From Basidiobolus ranarum (Eukaryota): DNA of 53,944 nucleotides. Position 1 is the stretch's first letter. Every line of letters starts with the position of its first letter. Location: NCBI GenBank assembly GCA_040143965.1, contig JASJQH010006889.1, positions 1 to 53,944 of the forward strand, given 5' to 3'. Under the pieces are notes generated by a model, which worked only from the letters and a program-made list of their open reading frames with translations, did not search any database and was not told where the DNA came from. Shown in pieces: positions 38,520 to 50,252 of the stretch. A program made the translations under genes and the position numbers.

Positions 38520-40709
38520 TTATGGCTTCCAAAGGTGCACTTTGCCATCATCAGTGTAGACAGCCAAGATATTCGAAAATGGATGATGAACAATACCAAT
38601 CACTTCAGCTTCAGTTAACTAATCAGATGAAGCAAGTTAGTGACTTCGATCTACGACATATCAGGTGGGCACTCATTTACCTTAATAGTGGACAACAGCT
38701 TGCCAGTTTCTAGATTGAAGCTGTACAACTGTGAATCTTCACCAACACAATATAGGATCTCGGCCTTGGGAGAGATGGTAATGCTGACAAATTCAGTCCG
38801 TATGGATTCATCAGTATATTTGCTGAGGATCTGTTAGGAAATGGGTTATAATGATGCTTCTGGATGGGATGTCTCGATAAGCTCTCTTACCCGTCCTTTG
38901 ATTGACATTAAATAGGTGATCGCTGATTTGTTACACATAACAAACTGCTCATTAGACCTGGGGACTAGGGCAATGGAGTTCACTGTAGGTGATCCACCGA
39001 TAGTAGTATTTGCTAATGCTTGAGTGGGTGTTACAGTAAATAAACACTCAGTAGTCTTGTAGTCCCAGATCTATTCAATGATAGTGGTGAGTGCTTGTAA
39101 CGACGAGATGAACGTATTTCAGGGGTTGCAGGACTTACCTTCACTGTTCCATCACTACTACCGCTAATGACTTTGGTCATATCTGAAGAAAACGCCACAG
39201 TATTGACAAAAGAGGTGTGACCTCTGTACTCTTTTAATGTCTTCCCTGATTTCAAGCCATGAAGTCTAACGAAGGCAAATTGAATACGAAATTAGGGAAA
39301 TTATCATCAAATTATTCACCACTTACCTAACAGTCTGATCGAAACTTCCGGTAACTATCTGAGTACTGTCTTTCGAGAAGCAGACGGAGGTAACTCCTTG
39401 AGCGTGTGCAGGGGTGAATTTTCGAACGCATTGGCCACTGTGTACTTTCCAAATCTGTAGAAAATTATGTTTTAATGCCTCATCTTCAAAGAAAAGTTGC
39501 TATAAAAGGCATGCACGTACCTTGACTCTACCATCTTGGGAACCAGATGCAAGTAGTTCGCTATTTCTACTAAAGGCCAGACAAAGCACAGCATCCTCCA
39601 TCAGCATTAATTTGTCTTCAGCTTGGAATTTGAGATCCTTTCTTAATTTTGCAGTGAGATAATTCCATACTTCAATAAATCCATCCACACTGCCAGTAAC
39701 CATGTATTGGCCATCAGGTGAAAATGCAACACACTCTGCGTGCTGCTTCTTGGGAAACTTGATGGTATTGTAGCATTTGGAGGGCACTGTATCTTCTTCC
39801 GATTGCACTGTAGGGACTTTACCTTGAAATAAGTCATAACTTACATCAGGTGGAAGTAACCCTTGATGCTGCTGCCATTTTATAGCTTGGCCAAGAAGTG
39901 TAATCAATCGGGATGGAGGAACAACCGTAACTTCGGATGAGAGTGCTATTTTTTAAAGTTTAGCTTCAATTAATGTGAGATTAACATATCCTTTTTTTAC
40001 CTTTTGCTATAGCCTGACGTCTTTGTTCTTTACTGGAATCACCAGGGTACGCCTTCGAAAGAAATGATTAGTATACACAAACGATATTCATGTAGACGAT
40101 AGAAGAAAGCCTCTACCTCTTTGGGGTCAAAAAATGTTCTAGATAATAACTGTTCCAATGCCAAGTATCTATCGGGAAATTTTTCGCGTAAAACAAACAT
40201 AGGATCAGTCTGTCTCAATAGAGTTCTAGCTGCGCCAAGTTCCCTCATTTCGATCAGCTCAATAATGATCTAACATAAAATAATCACCAAGATAAAATTA
40301 GTCGACCAAAGTTCGTATATATCAACACTAAATAAACGATTCCCGCCTACCTGTTCATAAAGATCTACAAGTTTACGCTGTGGAACCCGTAATTGACCAA
40401 CGGTTTTCAATACCGAATCCCAACGGCCTTCTTCAATCTCTGTCGTAAATGTATCAGCACTCTCCACTGTATTTAGTACCACTGAAGTTTCATCCTTGAA
40501 AAGATAATCTTGGTTTGTTTTTTGTCGATCATGTACGATAAAAATAAAAGAAATACTTGTAAAGCTTTCAAGGTATTTGGTAGATTGTTCTCTTTCAAAA
40601 ATTGTTGTATTAAACGTATAACACTAAGAAACAGGATATTGAGTTTCAAGATTTACTTCCAACATGTATCAAATCAAACTTACTCAGTAGATTCTATTTC
40701 TAAAGACAT
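38520..40709 (-). CDS. SMU1: WD40 spliceosomal B-complex protein Smu1 (multi-exon)
   Basis: [76 protein letters not shown] and HHPFSN..LWKP*. Confidence 0.95.
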
Positions 40710-40859
40710 GACGCGTTATTTATCTTTCTTATAAAATGGCCAAGATACACCATACTGAAATGAGGTTTTACTATGATCGTTGGACAGGATTTTTTTAGTT
40801 TTGTTAAAAATTATAACTCAAGCTGATCGTCACTAAATCAGATGGTTTTACAGAGATTC

Positions 40860-41050
40860 ATTCATCTTGGTTGTATCTTGTTACATTATGTAGATTTTGC
40901 ATTATCAGGATTTGAGAAAATAATCCAACAATCAACTATATTCCCGATCAAGATTACAATTGCTGAGGATGTAGGTGTTGCATTTAGGCTACCAAGTGGC
41001 CGTGATCAGTATGGCTTTTACCCTCTCTCAACTGTGCATGGATCTTAAAG
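40860..41050 (+). mobile_element. Possible decayed Ty3/Gypsy integrase-core fragment
   Basis: GCILLHYVDFALS..IFPIKITIAEDVGVAF..QYGFYPLSTVHG resembles g..ilv.vD.fs..fip.k..tAe.Va..f..ryGlP..ivsD. Confidence 0.4.
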
Positions 41051-41436
41051 GAGAGTACGTGGTTAAACTTCGGACGATAATCAAACCCCATTGGACAATC
41101 TATTATGTTTTAGTTCATTGATTGTATGCATCTTCCAGCTGTATATAAGCTAGCACTTGCAAATAAATCAAGGTGAAGGTGTAGCATCTAGATTCATTTC
41201 CCTCCAAGGCCCTTTCTTGGTTAGTAGTTGAAATTCTCGTGGGCTTTCAGCTTTTATTTGTTTAAACATCTCTTCTCTCTTCCATTGAGTTGGTAAGAAT
41301 TATACGATACTACTGGTGTTGAACTCTATACCCAAGTCAATAATACCTTGAAAGTATAAGCCCCGCGTAATTATCTTCACAGCTGAATCAATCGACCATA
41401 TACCCCTATCCTTCTAGTTCATCTACGTTGTCAAGA

Positions 41437-43678
41437 ATGATCAGTTCAGACGTATCATCAACCATTCAAAATGTGAGAAAAATCCATATGGATCAAACTC
41501 TAAAAAAACTGGTCGGTTCCGATGATTCCTATCCCAAAAAAACTTTGACAAGACAAAGACAGCCGGTGACAAATAGGTCACGATCTAGCGCTAAAATGGA
41601 TTCACCTTCTTCCTCAATGGAGATGTCTGAGAAAAGGCGGACTAACAAGTCCAAACCTAAAATATATTCTCAGAATCCAGCATCCATAGATCCAAATCAA
41701 AGGCAAAGTAACGACCGGAGGAATACACGCCAAAGTGTTCTCTATTCCTACCAGGGCAATACATGCACTGGGTATCCACCTAGAAGACCCCCCTCAGTTC
41801 CTGTGAGTGAATTAAAAAGCAGGCAAGACGATGATATACCCTTAGCAAAACGTAAAAACGAACTATCCCGACGCCATGTGTCCGTTCCAAATGCTTTCAT
41901 TCATCATCGGGAACCTAACCGGCGAATTAAGGAGGCATCCAAAACTGTCAGATCACTTCCATTAGATTTGGAAGAAAGCGAAACAAACAGTGAGCATCGG
42001 AAGCAAAAGGAATACAATTTACGAAGTGGATCTGCTGCAACATTGCCATCAGAAACTAGCAATGTTAAGGAAAAATCTCCGATTTCCAGACCACACTCTG
42101 ACTATATCACTCACAAACATAGTGCGAGATCTTCAAACGCAGGCGATAAGGGACGTACGCCGTCATATGTAGGGTTAACAAGCGCAGAATCGTTTAACGC
42201 TACCACAACGATTCCATTATCATATTCTCCACCCGGTACACCTTCTACTTTTTCTAGTCGTTCAAGTAGCCATTTGTCTACATTTTCTTCCAGTTCAGTT
42301 GCTTCTGGTTCGACCAATATCAGTTCCAACTCCACTCGCTCTTCTAGAACTATGTCTATTACAACGCATAGAACCTCCTTAACTTTGATAAACCAGGAAT
42401 CTGCTCTATCTATGTATCGTGAAAATGCCAAAAAGACCAACAACTCGGCAGTCCAACTAGAATTCGCAAAATATCTAGTCGCTTGTGCATCAGTACTTGG
42501 AGAACCTTGTTCTACTTCTTCCAATAGTTCTAGTCACTCTGCAAGTCAAACTTTGGATTCTTTAGATTCTGGTAAATCTGGGAACAAAAACTCTAAAGAT
42601 CTATTAGAAGAAGCAAATTTTTGGATTCGTAGACTACAGAAAAATGGAGACCCAGAAGCCACTTACATAATGGGTACTTGGATAGAAAACGGTCTAAATG
42701 GGTTTTCTCCAAATCCTAACAAGGCCTTTGGACTGTACAATAGGTCTTCAAAGTTGGGTTACGTTAAGGCTATGCATAAGGTCGCATGTCATCATGAGAT
42801 AAGAAAAGAATACTCCAAAGCACAACAGTTCTATTTGAAGGCAGCAACTCAAGGAAACAGCAGTGCCAACTATGTATGTAACTTGAAAAATCTACCAAAT
42901 ATTTATTGATTGTTCGTGTTATCTAATTGGATGTTTGTAATGCCATTTCATCTAGAGGCTTGCTAAGGCGTATATGCATGGCGAACTGAGACTAAAGCCT
43001 AATATCAATCAAGGAATACTTTACCTTGCTAGAGCAGTTAATAGCAATGATCGTTTTGAATGTCCTGAAGCTTCATACATATATGGATTAATCCTAGCTG
43101 ATGACTATGGACACGTGGATATATCCTCGGTACCTAAAGATATTGGCATGAGTCAGGATCTGATCGAAAGATCCGCGGAGTTGGGCTATACACCTGCTCT
43201 TTACAAACTTGGATATGCATATGAATTTGGAGAGCTGGGTTACAAGGTAGATCCAGCAAAGTCAATTTTCTATTATAAGCAGGGGGCCGAGCGTGGGGAT
43301 CCAGAATGTCAAATGGGCTTATCTGGTTGGTACCTTAGTGGAGTTCCCGAAGTTTTAGAGCCAAACGATGATCTTGCATATAGCTGGTGTAACCAAGCAG
43401 CATCCAAGGGCTTACCTAAAGCAGAGTTTGCCATGGGCTATTACTACGAGCTGGGTATCGGAGTCCCGAAGGACCTATCCATGGCGAATTTATGGTATGT
43501 TCGAGCCGCTTCTCATGGTAGTACGGATGCGCAGAGACGACTGGAACGAGGAGATGAGACCGGCGAGCTGCACAATCATCCGCATCACTTCACAGGTGGA
43601 GCACAAGGATTAAAGAAAGAGTTCAATTCGATTAAGCACCAAAAAAAGCAAAACAAAGAAGATTGTATTATCTCATGA
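41437..43678 (+). CDS. Sel1-repeat chitin synthase activator (Chs4/Skt5-like), 2 coding exons
   Basis: Disordered N-terminus; MYRENAKKTNN..QLEFAKYL; several Sel1 repeats (LYKLGYAYEFG, QMGLSGWYLSG, AEFAMGYYYELGIGV); C-terminal CaaX box CIIS. The start codon is uncertain (41437 or 41488). Confidence 0.88.
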
Positions 43679-44109
43679 TTCCAAGACTAGAGCAAGGTTT
43701 CAGCTCTTTCAACCGTCAACAGTGTCGCACCAGATCTATACATCCTATTTGCAGCTGTACTTATCTTCTGTTGATAATTTTTTATGTGGCCAATTGCATT
43801 CAAACCTACGTTGTTTGACCCGTCCTAATCTTAGTTGATGACGACTATTTTATCCTTGTCTTTTTGGCCCAATACCAACTTAGAAAGATTAGACTTATTG
43901 ATGTAGCTACCTTCCATCATTCTTAGACGTCTCCTCATTTCAGCGTTTGCATATAAAGTATGATACAAAAATTGGGGTCAGGGCCATGAGCAATATTTCT
44001 TTTACTTCAACATCTTTGGATTAAAGGTGCGATTTGAGTGCCAAAGTTAAACAGAGTTTTATGAGGGATTTTATATTTAAGAAGGAATTATGTTGATTAG
44101 CTATCTCCT

Positions 44110-46375
44110 TTACAATGAGCCTACAAGAATAGCATCTACGAAAGATCCCTCTTCCAGGACACTCTTGCCATCATCAGATGAGGGTAATCTCAGCAATGCG
44201 TTGGCACTTCGCATGCTTAGCATACGACTACTCTGTTGGACTCCAGTACTTGAGGCGAGTAAAGTCATTTGATCGTTTACAAATGTAGGGGCGACAATGG
44301 CACGATGGTATTCTGGGCGTGTATCCAAGCTTAATGAATGCGAAATCTAATACACAAAATCAATGGCATTTAATAAGCGAAGTCTAGTGGATTCCATATC
44401 ATTATTCTTACCTTGACTTTGATGACTGGCAACTCAGGATTGGAATAACCCAACAACTTACGCAGCGCTGGTAGCACGAACAAGTAGAAGGTGACGGTGG
44501 CTGAGACAGGATTTCCCGGTAAAGCAAAGATCAATTTCTTTTGCTTGGAACTCTCATGGCTGTAGGTAGCAAATGTGGTGGGTTTTCTAGATAGAGTTAT
44601 CCAGATTAGTGTTAGGCAACAATACAGCGAGATACTGAGTCAAGAGATATAGTAATAGAAAACCTACCCAGGCTTCATGTTGACTCTACCAAAATGCAAT
44701 TGGGCCTTGATATCGTTTTCTAAAATGGACTTCATTAAATCCAATTCACCCATTGAAACACCGCCTGTGGAAATAACCACATCGGCTTTACTAAAGCTAT
44801 CAACTAGAGCACTTCTCAATGTCTCCCGACTATCTTTGACAATTCCTAAATCCAACACCTCACAGCCAGCAGAGCGGATGGCTGCAGCCAAAGTTGGTCT
44901 ATTGGAGTCTCGGATTTGACCATATTTTAACTCATCGGTGGAGCTAAGATCGATCACTTCATTACCAGTGGATAGGATTCCTACAACAGGCTTCTTATAT
45001 ACTAACACCTCTCTTACACCAACCGATGCCAAGATCCCAATTTCTCCACCCACAAGAGTGATATTATCCCCTTTTTTGAGTACCAAGTCACCAGATTGTG
45101 TGTCAACTCCTATTTCACGTATGTTGGCTCCTTCTGGCACTCCTTCCAGAATTTCAACAATTTCTTCAACATGACCATCTTTAGAAGCCTGGATTAAGGA
45201 AGTGTATTCAACCATAACTACGCCTGTGGCGCCATCCGGAACCGGTGCACCAGTAGTTACTCTGGCGATATGACCCGAAGCAAGTTGAATAGGCGACTCT
45301 AGCCCACCAGCAGTAGAAGCATCCTGAATCACAGGGTATTTTCCTGCCCCGTCAGTAGCAATGACAGCATAACCATCTACGATTGAAGCACGATATCCAG
45401 GAACAGATTCTCTTGCGTAAATATCCTCGGCTAAAGTATACCCTATTAAATCTGTATCAACAGGTACCCTAACTGTGGATAACATCTGAACATTTTCCAA
45501 TATTGTTTGTATGGCTTGATCAACTGGTTGCATGGGAAAGGGGGATGAGCGATCTCTAAATGCCACTGTTTAAGCCAGATAAAATTAGAAATCCTGCTGT
45601 AACTAACTCTTCAGTAAGTAGTATTTACCTGGCGTTGGTCCTTTAGCAGTCTGTCTATGTGGATGCCCGTGTGTGTGGTCACGACCGCAGCTATGATGAT
45701 GCGATTTCTTTTGCCCATGAGTGTGAGAATGAGTAAATGAGCCTCCTTGCATTTTCTGGTGGACACTCTTTCCACTACCTCCAGTAGCTAGATCTACAGC
45801 GTGTGGTAAACCACGAATAACTGCTTCCAAATTTTCTATAGCGGCTTTAGGGCTCCCGGGCAAAGTAATAATCACGCTCTCCTTTCTAATACCAGAAACG
45901 CTACGCGATAGCATCGCCATATGAGTGATCTTGAGCGAAGAAACCATCATAGCCGTACTGATTCCAGGAGCTTCCCGTTCAAATAATGGAGAAACTGCCT
46001 ATTTGATAGGTTAAAGAGGAGTTGTATATAGATCCCCTACACGAAAACTTCACATACCTCAGGGGTTTTATCGCGAATAGAAAAACCGGTACCACCAGTA
46101 GTCAATATAAGATTTATATGGAGTTCATCAACCCATTGCTTTATCACACTTTGGATTTTATCTTCTTCGTCAGGAACACAACCGACTTGAACAACATTCC
46201 ATGCCTCGGTTTCTTCCAAATATTTTTTGATTTTTGGACCACTTATGTCTTCATTCAAACCTTGGAAACAGGTGTCGCTGACTGGAGAGTAAATAGAAAT
46301 ATGTTACAAACAACTGTGGATAAAGCGGAATCTCATTAGATAAATACCAGTAAGAATTCCTACAGAGTACTTCAT
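44110..46375 (-). CDS. Gephyrin/CnxE molybdenum-cofactor biosynthesis protein (MogA-like G domain + MoeA-like E domain)
   Basis: [25 protein letters not shown] and TLPGSPKA (G domain); [47 protein letters not shown] and RPEYHR (E domain). Confidence 0.95.
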
Positions 46376-46708
46376 GTTTACGTATTTCTCACTCACTATG
46401 GTGAACCAAGTTAGGAGTTGATTATTGATTAACAATCACAACGAACATTAGATATCTATGATTTGAATACCCCCCTGCACAAGGATGTTCCGTAAAATCT
46501 CGTGTGGACACATCATGCTTCCTGAAAGCTTGGGAAAACATCCAGTCTTATAGGTTTTTCCGGGCCAATATCTGACAAGTGATGATCAATGGTTAATCAT
46601 CTCTACGCTTGGTTCATACCTCCAAGATTGGGCCGTAGAGATTAGGCATATAAGAATACCCAGCATGCTCTTTACTAATAATTGCTCTTATGTGAGAAAT
46701 TGCGGCAT

Positions 46709-46765
46709 CTAATTCGATATAAATATGACTAGCCCTAATTCGATATAAATATGACCAGCCCTAAT
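46709..46765. repeat. 26-bp tandem duplication (ctaattcgatataaatatgac[t/c]agcc) x2
   Basis: Seen directly; each unit contains TATAAA and a GCCCTAA telobox-like junction. Confidence 0.9.
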
Positions 46766-47239
46766 CCTTATTACTCGCAATCTGCTTGAATGTATAACCT
46801 ATCCAGAGTGGCCCACAGTCAAGATGCTAACCATGGCTGGATAAATATTCTCCCTTGCCATATGAATGCAAGACGAGATTAACTTTCGGCTCACATAATT
46901 TACCGCTTCATTTAGTACTAGGTGCAACATCTCACACACTAAACTTAACGCTTCCGTCAGAGAATGGTAATTACATGTCTCGACATACATCAACTGACAA
47001 TCCTACCGAACTCTTCTTTTTGAATAAAAGGCAATGGCTAAGCGCCACTAATGCTCCTGATATTAGTTGGCTCTAGTGAGGCATGTGCTTTTATTTACTG
47101 GTGGCTTCAATCATCTAGACTAGAATCAACTACTAGACAGCCCATCGGTTTCCATGCAGAAACAATCCAACAAATTAAATACCTACAGAATGGACAAGAA
47201 CTATGACCAGCAAACACCGAACAAATCTATAATTACCAA

Positions 47240-49080
47240 ACATGGATCTCATCTATTGGCCAGCAATGAAATTATTTCAAGAAATTCTAGAAAGCAGCGC
47301 TTGCTATAGAGAATGCAACAGATCAAACATATTGATCCGCTAGAGGATTGATCTCGATTTTTGATCTCAACGAATCTCTTTTTATATATATATATATATC
47401 ACATGCTATGTTAATTTAGACAACATAAAGTTCCTAACCAAATTTGGTGCTCTAATGATGGTTTAAAGCAACCTGTTCGCTACAATAGCCTGGGTTCTTT
47501 TGGCGACGACTTTCCTTTAACCTCAACAAGCTTATCTTCTACGATTTAAGTAAGCCAAACCGGTTGATAGTTAATTTCCACTAGTGATCATATATATGTA
47601 TTACGGCTTTACTATTACGAAACGCCCCCTTCGACCCAAGTTTTAGAACATTTTGTCCAAATGTTTCTACCAATCTATACCATTTTTGGTGACTTCTCTT
47701 GAACTGGTAATTGGAATGGACAACAACGGAATCCATTTAATTCACAGTTTCGAAATTGGCTACTTGCTACTTATTTACTCGACGCATATGTGGGCTCCTG
47801 TATAGTGACTCAAATTGTCTATACAAAGACTCTGCCATTCTAATTTCTGCAATGTGCTATATTCGCATTGCTTTTCTTTCTCATCCATATACAGGCTGTA
47901 CGTACTATTATATAACTGGATTGAAATAAAGAATTCTGACTCTCGTGTTACGTAGAGTATTAGTCAGCTGGAACTTGACCCAACTGTAATGGTATTCACT
48001 ATTTCAAATCGAGCTCCATCTCCACTCGCACGAGTACCATCTTTTTATCACTCTTTGTTGAGAGGATCTTCATGCTGTCCCTACTCAATTCCAAAACAAA
48101 GACGAGCATCAAGTTATCAGTCATTATAAGCAGTATAATTGGCTAGCAGTTGTCGATGAATCTGAGACTTTTGGCAAGTAGATTGTCCTATGGGATGTTC
48201 GCTAGTTGGAAAGGTTTTGTTCATTCTGATGTGTACAAGTGATTTAGCCAATACCACATCAGAGGGAGAGCGGGTTCGGGACCGGGAGTGAAAATAGGAG
48301 AGTTGGCAAGATTGACTGACACCAATTGCAGTCATATAGGGGCATTTTTCACCCTCTCACTCCTCCCTTCCAAAACGGCAAAGGATTAGCTTGAAAATCC
48401 AAATTGATGTGAATAACCTTGACCTTTTTGGCCATATTTAGATCCACTGATTAACTATAAATAGACTGCTAGTATGATGATGACTATCATTTCTTGGCAT
48501 AAGATAATCAGTGATAGGGTTGGAAAATCATGACTTTTGTAGCATAAGTTTAAATCATCAAGCTACGCGATAATCAACAGTATCATTATTCGCCTACATG
48601 TGTACGGCAGGGTGAGAAAGCATTCGAAGATAAGAATACTCTTCACCTCTAGCCTTGCCTTCCCCCACATTTCCTGTCTGGATCAGGTAAAACAAAACCA
48701 CCATATGGTTGAGCTCTACGGTGTAATCTAGCTGAGTATGTGATCTCAAAAAATTAGCTTTCGCAGCACCAACTCTATCAACTGGATCCTTTTCTCCACT
48801 TGCTTACATTAATGTGTCTGTAGGGTCAGGCTTCTAGAACATAATTCGTGACCAAAGTTGACTTGGTAACTCCATTCTTCCGGCTAGAATTGGTGGAAAA
48901 CTGGATTGTGAGAATATGGTATGTTACACAGAAGACGTAGGAATTGCCAGTTTTCACGGCTGTTTCTAACTCTTCTCCAGCTGCTCTGTATTCAAAGCTT
49001 TTGAGGAGATGGGAAGGACCTTTTACTATACACCTCACCATTCTAAACATAATACACTTCTCCAAGGTGAAGTATGGCGA
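47240..49080 (+). mobile_element. Fragmented Ty3/Gypsy integrase relic (zinc finger and core at about 47240-48080; GPY/F at 48992-49072)
   Basis: Ordered motifs: YWPAM..CYRECNR; PGFFWRRLSFN; IFG..DNNG/FNSQFRNWL; then SKLLRRWEGPFTI..IHFSKVK (cf. KL.prw.GPf.i..vH.srLK). Confidence 0.45.
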
Positions 49081-49519
49081 AGAGATATATGATCGGATGA
49101 TCTCAACTTCTACTGAGTGGAACCTGATTGAAGGTCGCCCTAAAACAGGCAAGTGTTAAATTCTACCTTCAGGAACATAGGAACGTTTCCTGTAGAGCTA
49201 GGCTATGATTCGTGTAAATATATATTACCTATCGGAGTCTCAGGACCATTGGTTTACTCATTTTGCTCAAAATAAGGGTCTCAGTATTTAACCTACGGTA
49301 GCGGAGTTCATACTTAAGATACACGCTATGCTCGAGACCCCATACAAGTTTGTGCTCAATTTGGCTTACTGCTTTATTCCATTCATAAACAAATTGACAC
49401 ACATTGTAATTAGCTTCACTCTAGGTAAGTTTCTACAATGGAGAGTATCACAGCTTCATTGGTTGTCAAAACAAATCCACTTTGATAAAGAAGCTCACCC
49501 GCTTGGTGACTTGAATTAG

Positions 49520-49560
49520 TGAATACCAAATCACACTACTGAATACCAAATCACACGACT
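49520..49560. repeat. 20-bp tandem duplication (tgaataccaaatcacac) x2
   Basis: Seen directly. Confidence 0.85.
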
Positions 49561-50252
49561 TAGTGCAGTATAAGATAGAATTTGAAGAATTCGAGACTCA
49601 TATGGTGAGGGAGGGTGAGGGTTAAGCAGGAATTTTCAAAAGATTTGCTTAGTTTGCTGGTGGATTTTTGGAAGTTTCGGTTCCATTTATCATATCCAAT
49701 TGATCCTGTGATTGTCTGCCTCTCTTATCCAAAACAGGAAAGTCACTAGGGATAGTACTGCACGTACTGCATTCAATACTTTCCAACCCTGAAATAATCA
49801 ATTCACCCGGGAGGACCAAAAGCTCCGAGTTACTTCGGGCAATATGGGCTATACGGATTTCTTGGCCTTAGGACTACATAGTAATTAATTATATAAACTT
49901 GGGTTTTAGCTGCCCTAAGTTTACTTTCTTCCACTTTTATCTATCTGTTTTTCTTTTTCTATTAACATATCTTTTTGATATTTTTGAACTCAGGTCCACT
50001 TGCTCTATTCTGTTATTTTATATTTATCCTCCGCTTACAACTTGACACAACTTATACCTTTATCTTGTTAACGTTCCAAGCTATACAGTTTAGTATACAA
50101 ATCCCGTTTTTTCCTGCAAGTTTTCTGATGAACTGAATTGTGGATTAAGAGAAACAACGACGAATTTTCAACCAAGCGTTTTGTCCCCAACCACCCCCTG
50201 TTCCTTTTTTCCTATTTCATAGACATTTATTATTATAGTCTTTGTAACAAAT

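Noticed and set aside
48244..48290. SINE or Pol III B-box (GGTTCGGGACC)
   Set aside because: The B-box is imperfect and there is no convincing A-box, cloverleaf or poly(T) terminator.
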